Below, in pieces: positions 52,738-64,000 of a DNA stretch of 64,000 nt. Under the pieces are notes generated by a model. That model searched no databases, was not told the origin of the DNA, and worked only from the letters and a program-made list of their open reading frames with translations. The translations under genes were made by a program, and so were the position numbers. This DNA is from Octopus sinensis (Eukaryota). The stretch covers positions 64,294,001 through 64,358,000 of the forward strand of contig NC_043002.1 in NCBI RefSeq assembly GCF_006345805.1. Reading direction: 5' to 3'. Position 1 is the first letter of the stretch. Each line of letters starts with the position of its first letter.

Positions 52738-53907
52738 TAAGGCCATCCCATAACTAATGCAGTTTTTTTATACTTCCTTTATATTTCAAAATTAAGATAA
52801 AGTTCTTTTTCACTCCAAAATATACTCTCCTTCATTTTCTACAGTGCCCTTCAATCTGTCTACAGAATTCATATTTTTCCGTCCAAATTATTTTGAAGAC
52901 TGCAGAATAAATGATAATAAGATGGAGGCAATGTCCGGCTAATTAGGTGGCCGGGGCATCGTTTCGTATTCATACTGATCTAGCCTTTTAAATGTCACCT
53001 GCACTGCGTGTGGTTGACCATTATCCTGATGGAAGGACACCCTTCGTCTTGAAACACAAGATGGTCGTTTTTCTTCTAGCGCTGACTTAATCTGTCCAGC
53101 AGTTCGCAGTAGATCTCCTTTGTTATCGTTAGTCTTGCGATTAAAAGTTCAACGTGGATTAAACCTTTCATATCCCACCAAACAGATAACAACACCTTAC
53201 GTAAATGGAGATATTTAGCTTGAGGGACCTGTGTTTCCCCTTTCCCTACCCACTATCTTTGGCGCTTGACAAATTCGTAGAGAACCTATTTCCCGCCATA
53301 AATCACGGTCAAGAAAAGGTTCATTCGTGAGACGTGACAGCAAAGATGAGCTATACATTCAGCCTCTTCGTACGATTAGACTCAGAAAGTTTGTGAGGAA
53401 CCCACTGATCCAATTTATTGAATTTTCCGATGGCACGCAGGTGTCGATGAATGGTTGAATGACCAAATCCAAGCTTCTCTGCTAGTTCTTCAACAGTTAC
53501 GATGGGACTTTGTTCCAACATGGTTTGCTGGACAACCCCCTCGAGCTCTACACCTCTTCTACGAGGCTCTAGGCTCTAATTTCCGGCTCGGAATTTCTGC
53601 AAACACCATTGCCATTTTGTTGTCCAATCCCTATATACTGCATTCTTCGCACTTTCCGTTGCCTTGTGGCCTTTATTGATTTCATAAAGCAAAATATGCT
53701 GAATATGCTCCTTTGTCACCTCCATTACATCTTTGAAAATATAACAATTAAAATCGAACTGCACTCTACAAAACTTACACTAGGTATAAGTACAAGGTAA
53801 AATAACTGCCTGCTTTTATAGCGAGTTGCTGCAGGTAGTTTATCGCATCCCTCTCCGATTTTTAATTCATGCTATTGAAAAAACCGCATTTTTATGGGAT
53901 ACCCCAA
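52738..53907 (-). mobile_element. Near full-length decayed mariner element with TIRs
   Basis: TIR taaggccatcccataactaatgcagtttt versus aaaaccgcatttttatgggataccccaa, TA flanks; MEVTKEHIQHILLYEINKG (HTH), WDMKGLIHVELL, FHQDNGQPH, PDIASIYYHLF-like motifs. Confidence 0.85.
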
Positions 53908-54447
53908 TAGTTTGAAAATGTGTGAGTTTCTGTGCTGGCAGAACAAACATAAACAGCTGAATCTTTAAGGGATAAAACTTAATGCACTCCAAATTGCTAT
54001 ACTGTTGCCGTAAGTAAGGATGTATAAGTGATTAGGCTCTACAACACTTATTTTTAAAATATCTCTTATAATAAATCTTCCGGCACTCATCTGCTACACT
54101 TATATAACTACGTTTCCATTCGCTATATATTGCCTCTTCAAGACGCTTTCCTTTCTTGCTAAGACATCTATGTCTAATAATTTTCTTTATAAAGAAAAGT
54201 GCAATATATATTGAAAAGATTACAAAAACAGTAATAAATATTTCAAACAAATTTGCTCATTTCATTTTGGTTCAAGACAAGAACAAAAGAGAATCACGAA
54301 GAAGGAATAATGCCAAGTCACATGTCGATCATAATACAGGATATTTTGAACAAAAGTAAGTATAGAGATGCGATGAAAAAATACAACAGAAAAACGAGCC
54401 AGTGTCATGATAATCATGCAGAATAATATAATAAACTGACGATTATG

Positions 54448-54478
<31 letters not shown>

Positions 54479-55406
54479 CTTTGAATGATGCAACTATGTA
54501 TGTACATATACACACACGCGCACACATATATACACAAAGAAATAAATATATACATAGATATACACAAACATATATATAAATATGCATATATTATATTTAT
54601 ATTACATACATGTAAATATTTATAAATATATACACGTGTGTGTGTGTGTACACATATATCTTCATGCGTGCATATACTCACATATTATTATCGGTGGCGT
54701 CATCTAGGTGACACAATAACCTATCAGTTTTTTATCTATTCTCATACCACCTCTCGTACACTTGGATCACAGAAATTGAGATGTTCGACATGCTATATAA
54801 GTATATGCTAATACAATTTCGCAGTAGTTTCAAACCTGTATCAAACACTTACAATACAATCACCTACTAGAAATGGCATTTTTGTTTTTTCTTCTTTGCT
54901 ACAATATTTGTTCAAAAGCGATATTCATGTTATGGATTCTTCAGATGTGAAAAAAGTTTGAAATAAATACCGTAAAATATAACAAAATGTAAGTAAATTT
55001 GTACACACACATAATCATATACGTATACATCCAAAACACGCATATGTGGAAGATAAATGAACAGCTGAGAATACGTATATGTTGTCGTAACATGTGGGTG
55101 GATTATTCTATATTTTGTGCTTATTCGATCGTAACCAACATTTACATTGGAAGTGTAACTTTGAAGCGTAATATCAACATTTATAAAATAAAACTATCTT
55201 TTATGTGTTTATAAAGTACTAACAATATGAAACTTTGTTTCAAATATTCGCACATATACACACAAACACCCACACACGCACGAACACGCATACACTGACA
55301 CGCACACTCGCATGCATACATATGCACCCATAAACAAACATTTATATATATATATGTGTGTATATACATACATATATATAATATATATGTGTGTATATAT
55401 ACATAC

Positions 55407-55525
<119 letters not shown>

Positions 55526-56759
55526 CATGTATGTGGTTGGCGAATTGTTTTGAAGAAACATGAATATCCTTAAATAAAGGATACACACGGCACAGCATTC
55601 GAAGAAGTTGGTATTACTCCTATTTCCCCCACTCTCACACTCATTTTTGTGATCTGGGGCGGTATTGCGTGTACTGCGGAAAAAAATATATATAAAGCCT
55701 CTCCGTATATGAACACGCTCTCTAGCATCGCATCCACTTGGTTGTTTACATATATACTGAATATAATTATAAATATGTTGATACATACATGAAATCTGTG
55801 GAGTGAGTCTCACCTGACTCAATTAAATAAGCGCAATATTGGACATCTTTGTACGTTTGAAATATTTATTTCATGTCTGGATTAAAATGACATCAGAAAA
55901 GATTTATGCTACATATTCGAAGCTCAGATGTTCGAAGTATTATTTAACCTATGATGGAGAGCAGACAATTAGTTTTAATGTCAACTCATATCAGAATAAA
56001 CCATACATGACATTAATATTCCAGCCATTTTCATTAACACGGCTACGGCGAGAAATTTATATTTCGCATAACATTGATTTACTTTTGCAACAGTAAGTAG
56101 AAAATACAGTTAATAAGTGTTGTTTTGGCATATTTTAATCGCGCTGGATTTTGCTTGTGTGCATGTGTGTGCGTGAGTGTGAGTGTGTGTTTGTAGTGCA
56201 ACACAAAAAATGAAAACAAATTCAAAAGATACCTAAACGATATTGGTAGATGAGTTCTAGTAAATTATGCTGTTCATTAACAACAGAGAGTAACTGTATG
56301 AGGCTCTAACATATACACGTGCTAGAACAGACAATAACTGAAAAATAATGAATAGCCAGTAAATAGAAGATACATATGACTTCCCATTACGCCTTACAGT
56401 TATGCAAGAGAAATGGTGTCAAAATACAGAAAACCTGTGATTTTATTATGCTAGCAAGTAATAATTCGTGACGAGAGATATAACGAAAAAATTATAAATC
56501 ACCCAAATTCGAACACAGAACGTATAGTAATCTTACTATACAAACTATGCGTATTTTAGAAAGGAATATACGCATGAAATAATAGAGCTTCGTGCCAAGT
56601 ATCATATTCATCACCATTGTGCTAATATGTGAACATTCAATGACTGTCCTTAAGCGTGAGAAATTATGGTGATCTGCTATACAACCAATGTTTTTCTGCA
56701 GATTGGAAACAGTAGATAATGACCATGCTATATGTCGTTAATATTACAGGTTCCATATG

Positions 56760-57165
56760 AGGCGTGCTGGCAGAATCGTTAGCGCGCCGGGCAAAATGCT
56801 AAGCGACATTTTGTCTGTCCTGGGCTCAAATTTCATCGAGGTCGACTTTGTCTTTCATTCTTTCGATACAACAAGTACCAGTTGAGCACTAGGGTCGATT
56901 ACCCTGGGGTTATTGAGTTTCTTGACTTGTGCTAAAATCTGAAACCAATAGTACACATTCCAAAGGTGGCGAGTAGGCAGAATCGTTTACACGCCGGACA
57001 AAATACGTAGCGGCATTTCGTCCGTTTATACGTGCTGTGTCCAAATTTTACCATGGTTCACTATGACTTCTATTCTTTCGAGGTCGGTAAAACAAGTAAA
57101 ATAAGTACCAGCGGTCCATGTAATCGACGTATCATCTCTCTCAAATTTGATGTCATTGTAACAAA
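56760..57165 (+). mobile_element. Two tandem diverged family 1 SINEs
   Basis: Heads at about 56760 and 56967. Confidence 0.75.
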
Positions 57166-57766
57166 ATTTTTAAGTGATAATATTCTATTCACGTAAATGT
57201 AACACCGAAGCTTAAGTTGTTTATTTTATTTCGGTTAAACAACCACGATTATATTGGCTCTCTTTAGAAGCAAATAATACTAACATCAAAAATAAATCAT
57301 TCATTATTGGCATGTTGAATGTCCAACCAGTTGAAATTTTTTATTATAATATAAAAAACGTTGAAGAGGTACCTTCCTCGATAGAAGTCAATAGAAAGGT
57401 TTTCTGCAGAATTTTAGATCAGCTTCTTATTCCAGGTTTAACTTCGCATGAGCTAAAGCTAATTCTTAGTTAAAAAGCAATCAGATGCTTAAACTCAGAC
57501 CTTGTACATAGCTACACAATTTTCCAAGATTTATCCTGCGTGGGCAAAGTAACAAGTATGCACCAGAGCAGAAATCTTTAATGTCAACATGGAAAGTGGG
57601 TGTGACATAAATTAATAGGAAAAGTGAATTAAACTCCATGTTATATTCAACATTTCTGTTTAGAAAGGAAGCGGTTATTCCTTGCATTTAGTATGATTGT
57701 TCACAAATCTTAAGATCCTTGCATTCATAGTGCTGACATTATTTGTCAAAGCATGTATTAATTCAT

Positions 57767-58080
57767 GGAGGTGCAATGGCCCTGTGGTTAGGGCAGCGTA
57801 CTCGCGGTCGGAGGATTGCGGTTTCGATTCCCAGAGCGGGCGTTGCGTACGTTTATTGAGCGAAAACACCTAAAAGCTCCACGAAGATCCGGCAGGGGGT
57901 GGTGGTGACCCCTGTTGTACTTTTTCGCCCCGACTTTCTCTCACTCTCTCTTCCTGTTTCTTGAGTAACGCTGCAAAGGAATGGCGTCTCGTCCAGCTGC
58001 GGGCAACACATACGCCACAGAAACCGGGAAACGGGGCACATGAGCTTGGTTAGGCTTGAAAAGGGGGCATAAAAAAAAAT
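57767..58080 (+). mobile_element. tRNA-derived SINE ('family 4')
   Basis: A box-like TGGCCCTGTGG, B box-like GTTTCGATTCC, middle module shared with 1.9-2.4 kb, A-rich end. Confidence 0.8.
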
Positions 58081-59032
58081 TAATGTATTTATTCATAGCC
58101 AATTTCACTTGGTCTTCAGGAGAATAGACGCTTACATTTTCTGATTTATAATGCAAAATTATAGGGGCTGTCTGTTATTATCTACTAATTTATACACATA
58201 TGGATGGACATTTAAATAAAACGCTTCTTTAGATTTGTTTCAAGATATAGCATCAGATTGGCTGGTTGCATCTGGCACATTGTATTAGACTAGGGAGTGT
58301 TGTAAACGTTTTCATCTAAATATTGTACTATATTGCAAATATTACATTGAATCACAACTTGTACGATATTGTGTAATATTATAAATAATGCTGAAATAAA
58401 AATCGCTTTCTGTAGCACAGTTTAAAATGCAGACATTTCTGTCAACTAAAATTTTTATGAGGTCATGAAATGTTTTGAACAGTGCTTTAAAACACATTTT
58501 TATCTTATTACCAGATGTAATATCGCTTACTGATCATAATGCCAAATGTAAATAATACTGTGCACTACAACATCCATCATAGTCAGCAATGAAAGTACCG
58601 TATTTATTTACAAAGGATGCTATATTTTGAAACAAAATATTATTAAAATATGAATTGAAACATATTATATAGTGCTATAAATAATAGATTAAATTGCAGC
58701 TTATATTACAATTGCAGCTTATATTACAAACATTTTTGCAAAGTACAACACAGTGCGTCATATCATACATATAGCGTAATTTGATATCCTGCATATTAAA
58801 CTGTACAATTCTAATTATATTCCTGTTTAGCAATAGAGAAGTTTGATATATTATGATATTTTATCGATTGCTATATTATGCAATAATTATTTCATAATTC
58901 TATTAATTAGGATTTGGTAAGTAAAAGAGACATACCCTTTTTTAAAGCAAGCTATAGCTATATTCAGGAATTGATCTAATAGGAATTCCACAATTGCACA
59001 CGGCAACATTTCATGGCTAAATTATGTTAGTG

Positions 59033-59089
<57 letters not shown>

Positions 59090-59131
59090 ATATGTATGTA
59101 TGTATGTATGTTTGTATGTATATATATATGC

Positions 59132-59181
<50 letters not shown>

Positions 59182-59254
59182 GTATATATATATATATGCG
59201 TGTATGTACACACGAACGCATATATATATATATATATAGAGAGAGAAATACAAT

Positions 59255-59593
59255 AAGAGGCTTCCAAATAGGAAAGCCTTGTGCTAGAAAGAGCAGTAGG
59301 GAACTCAAAACCACCAAAGAAGGATAAATGTTCGAAAGGAATGAAAATTAAAAACGTTTACCATCTCAATTATTTCCCAGACCATGTTTTCTAACTATTC
59401 CCAGCAAAAACGTATTTGCTGAAGGCCAGTTTCATCAGTGGGACAGCTTTTCGATTTCAAATACACAACACAGCCAGATGCACATGTAAAACTAACTGCC
59501 TGTATATTCTAACTTTACAGACCACTGCGCAGACGCAGATTATACCCGGCGACAGAGAGGATGCCGGTAAAAATTTCGAAGAAATTTATCAGA

Positions 59594-59595
<2 letters not shown>
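59255..59595 (-). mobile_element. PLE-like module related to 9575-10080, inside (TA)n
   Basis: Shared ggaatgaaaattaaaaacgtttaccatctca and ggatgccggtaaaaattt segments. Confidence 0.7.
59375..59443 (-). ncRNA. Near-intact type I hammerhead, GUC site
   Basis: uccca-CUGAUGA-aacu...aguu-a-GAAA-acaug-GUC-uggga. Confidence 0.68.
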
Positions 59596-59644
<49 letters not shown>

Positions 59645-59673
59645 CATATATATATATATATTATATATATATA

Positions 59674-59909
<236 letters not shown>

Positions 59910-60054
59910 AAAAGCAATAAAGATTCAAGTCAATTTTAATGAATTTACTTGAATATGGTACCTAACTTAGATGCACCAAAAATCTATACGGTTTTAACAA
60001 TACAGTAATGTGGGGTGATTATAAGCGAGAAAGAAGCAACAAGAATGGATAAAT

Positions 60055-60145
60055 TTTTAGTACAATCGTCTCATACAAAGACAGGCTTTATTAAAAGTTG
60101 CAAAAATTGCAGCATATAAACGTGTCCCGTACTCATCAGCTAAAA
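60055..60145 (-). ncRNA. Type I hammerhead, GAAA changed to GAGA
   Basis: Reverse complement of 60863-60953 with one core substitution. Confidence 0.65.
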
Positions 60146-60862
60146 TACATGTGAGTTCTCTAGACATCTTAGTGGTTGAGGCTATACTCATGAAGTAATG
60201 TAGATAATTAAGTAACATAAACAGATTTCCAAAGTTCATTAAAGTTCTTTAAAGATGATGTATAGTCTTATCACAGATTTTTTAAAAAGTTTTAATAGCA
60301 TCACAGAGAAGGTGACTTAATCCATAGTGTACATATGAATTTCCAGAGATATGAGGAGGGATTACATACTCACAGACGACAAATTTATCCATGGTTAATC
60401 ACAACGAGGTGGGTATCAATTCCTGCTTATTAGCATTACAGAGAGGGTGAATTAATCCTTTGTATAGGTGCACAATTTCCAATGGTGTAGATGTAAATTT
60501 CCAGTGAAATGAAGTGGAATTTCATATTCACAGACGATAAATTTATCAATGGTTGAACACAATGAGGTAGGTATCAATTCTTGCGATATGATTAGGTATT
60601 TGCCACATTAATCACATTACTGCTATTTTCAAGAGACTGTAGCTATTTGACTTTTAAAGGCTGAAGGGCTTTCTAGAGAGGCAAAGAACAGAAAGGGAAG
60701 GAAAGTGAGGAAAAGAGAGAAAATAAAGGAGGAGGGAGCAAAAAGGGGGGGAGACTAAACGAACTTTAATGAACTCTGGAAATCTGTTTATGTTACTTAA
60801 TTATCTACATTATTTCATGAGTATAGCCTCAACCACTAAGATGTCTAGAGAACTCACATGTA

Positions 60863-60953
60863 TTTTAGCTGATGAGTACGGGACACGTTTATATGCTGCA
60901 ATTTTTGCAACTTTTAATAAAGCCTGTCTTTGTATGAAACGATTGTACTAAAA
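60863..60953 (+). ncRNA. Type I hammerhead ribozyme, intact core
   Basis: uuuuag-CUGAUGA-guacgggaca...ugucuuuguau-GAAAC-gauu-GUA-cuaaaa. Confidence 0.82.
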
Positions 60954-60981
60954 ACTTATCCATTCTTGTTGCTTCTTTCTC

Positions 60982-61069
<88 letters not shown>

Positions 61070-61091
61070 ATATTTTATATATATATATATT

Positions 61092-61128
<37 letters not shown>

Positions 61129-61139
61129 ATTTATATATT

Positions 61140-61206
<67 letters not shown>

Positions 61207-61307
61207 ATATATACACTTTGATACTTTGATAGGTTTCGGCCATTATTGGCCCAGGCCATGTCTAACTTAATAGCATTTATATATATATATATAATATATA
61301 TATAATT

Positions 61308-61344
<37 letters not shown>

Positions 61345-61361
61345 ATATATATTTATATATA

Positions 61362-61421
<60 letters not shown>

Positions 61422-62711
61422 AATTAAGTTGGACGTTTTTTGACATATGCGTAGGTCGACACGTTACAACAGTTATGTCTAAGCCTCACACATATACATA
61501 CTTCTGGCTGGACAAAGAAATATTATAACTGCCATATTAAACCTTTATGTGTATATAAATCGGTGACCAGAACAGCACATTCGTCGAAAGGCAAATTCTG
61601 AGTGATGTGCATAGTTTTTGCTTGCTAAATGGCAAAGTAAGTCTTTTGATAAAAAACGGTGATTAAAACTGCTGTCATGGCGATCTATGAAAATAAGTGT
61701 GTCTGACTCATGCTTCTTAGTTTTAGTTCATTTGTTATACAATTTCTACTTTTGTCGTGTTGTAGTAAAAGGTGTTCTGTCCATAACGTCCACATTTCGA
61801 AACGCTGTCGCGAAAAGGGTATCGCTGAGGATTTTTCATTAAAAAACAAACATTTATAACGGAATATTTTATTCTAAAATAATATAGTAGATTAGCTGTG
61901 GGCAGTTTTCTAAAGGATGTGAGTGATGCATTTTAGCGTGGTTACACGTGTAGCATTGCTGCTGCTGATTCTGCAATCAAAGACAGTTACCTGGCTTCTT
62001 AGTTCACATTTAAACCGCAAATCGAATATGTAGGTAACACATCGGAGCATTGGGCTCTAAATAAACAAAGTTTTCCTTTTATCGTAAGAAAGTTACTACA
62101 CGTTGGCAAGGTCCTGACGAAACACCCTAAATGATTTACTTACGTTCCCTATACGTTTTCGAATTATGGGAGATCAAACTTTGCTTAACCTCGCCAACAT
62201 TAGATGAAACAAGTGAAGGAAGGAATGGATTCGTTTTGAAAGACCAATAGTTTTCATTTCAAAGGGAAAATGCTCATGTAGTGAATGGAGGACGAAAGCC
62301 TGATCTACTGTACCTTCAAACATGTCACTTTATCAAATGTTGGGTGAATTAGTCACCAGCTAGGACATACTTTTAAGGAATAAGCTTCCTACGTTCCCAG
62401 TGTTGTTAACTCCCTGCGAATGTGTTCCTCGGTAATGAGTGGACAGCCGCAATGCACATACACAAACAGACACGCACATATCTGTGTGTGTATGTATGTT
62501 TCTTTGTATATATATGTATCTATTTATTCGTGCGGCAATGTATGTATGTGTGTGTTTGTAAATTTTTTATGGTGTATACACATTATATATATTGGGAATA
62601 AGAATTTATTCAGAATATTAAGTTTTCATTTATCAACGATTTCCTCGTGTATAAGTTTTTAGAGAAAATATTTAGACCTTTGATTCATATATATATATAT
62701 ATATATATATA

Positions 62712-64000
62712 TTAAGGTATGTAGAAAAATACAACATGGACAAGAACGTATAACTCATAGAAGACGATACAATAAACATGGACAGGACATTCGAACCCCT
62801 CAGTCTTCAGTCAAGAACCGGATCATCGTAGTAATTTCGGCTGATTAATCTTGAGATTACTAGATCACGGCCAGCCCTCCAAGAAAAACTAAGCTGGAAG
62901 CGTAGATTTCCTGGAAGAAGGATCGAATGCATACGAACACCAGGACAGCAAAAGGGACAGATATAAAAAAACAAAAAACAATAATGGAATACAGAAACAT
63001 GAAATACAGAAGCATTAACGGTGAAAACAACAAGTGTCTTACGACTGATAACAAGCAAACAAATTTTTTCTCTGGCGCATTGGAAAAAGCCTTTATAGCG
63101 GCGGACGAAGAACAACGATGTTAACACGACGAGGGTCAGGAGCTGAAAGGCAGATTTCGGCCAACAGTCACGTGACAGAGAAGAGGGAAAAGAAAAGAAA
63201 GAGAGAGAGAGAAAAGGGGGACAAAACGCAACAAAGAGAGAGAAGAGAGAGAAAGAAGGAATCAGAGAGGAGAAGGGATGGGTGTCGAAGAATGACCTGT
63301 GAGTGCAGAGCGAGACAAAGAAATAGGAGGGTAGTGGAAGACTAGACCAAAGGATCAGAGGAAAGAGAAGATGAATAGAGAGAAAGTAAAAATGAGAGAG
63401 AGAGAGAGACAAACAGAGAGTCGTACCAATTATTAAGAATATGTGTTCACATTAATGATAAAGGGGGTACGGGGCGCCTGGAATATATGTTAAGGTATGT
63501 AGAAAAATACAACATGGACAGAACGTATAACTCATAGAAGACGATACAATAAACATGGACAGGACATTCGAACCCCTCAGTCTTCAGTCAAGAACCGGAT
63601 CATCGTAGTAATTTCGGCTGATTAATCTTGAGATTACTAGATCACGGCCAGCCCTCCAAGAAAAACTAAGCTGGAAGCGTAGATTTCCTGGAAGAAGGAT
63701 CGAATGCATACGAACACCAGGACAGCAAAAGGGACAGATATAAAAATACAAAAAACAATAATGGAATACAGAAACATGAAATACAGAAGCATTAACGGTG
63801 AAAACAACAAGTGTCTTACGACTGATAACAAGCAAACAATTTTTTCTCTGGCGCATTGGAAAAAGCCTTTATAGCGGCGGACGAAGAACAACGATGTTAA
63901 CACGACGAGGGTCAGGAGCTGAAAGGCAGATTTCGGCCAACAGTCACGTGACAGAGAAGAGGGAAAAGAAAAGAAAGAGAGAGAGAAAAGGGGGACAAAA
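62712..64000. repeat. Tandem direct repeat, ~778-bp period, near-identical; second copy runs off the window
   Basis: ttaaggtatgtagaaaaatac at 62712 and 63490; begins at a (TA)n. Confidence 0.95.

Noticed and set aside
58694-58729. Perfect 18-bp tandem duplication attgcagcttatattaca
   Set aside because: Ordinary slippage duplication; two units only, not CRISPR-like.
61232-61262. ggcca/uggcc hairpin followed by GAAAC on the minus strand, within (TA)n
   Set aside because: CUGANGA reduced to CUG and no pairing NUH site; at most a relic.

Overview
AT-rich, microsatellite-dense eukaryotic DNA, almost all repeats. The SINE families look octopod (cephalopod) to me, but that is recognition from memory, not a search. 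I found no confidently assignable host exon; most ORF-track entries are translated (TA)n/(TG)n/(AAT)n runs. Ordinary content: tRNA-derived SINEs, decayed non-LTR retrotransposons (L1/Tx1, RTE, Hero-type, R4/Dong-type), several Tc1/mariner relics and non-autonomous Helitrons. The notable signal is a dense population of minimal type I hammerhead ribozymes (about 15 intact or degenerate cores from at least 6 unrelated sequence families). They sit in Penelope-like (PLE) pseudo-LTR-type modules, mostly inside or beside (TA)n. Their stem III sequences differ but are nearly all self-complementary, the signature of dimer-cleaving hammerheads. They occur in three architectures: outward-facing fold-back palindromes (3.2, 12.3 and 60.5 kb); a tandem pair of intact GUC hammerheads exactly 600 nt apart (25.5/26.1 kb, retrozyme-like); and a double-headed palindromic element made of a tRNA-like Pol III head, an (AAT)n spacer and a hammerhead tail, with the same inversion centre at three loci (17.6, 20.85 and 32.45 kb). 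A PLE GIY-YIG endonuclease remnant at 8.9-9.3 kb marks the type of autonomous partner that could move them. All structures were read and paired by eye; coordinates of decayed elements are approximate.
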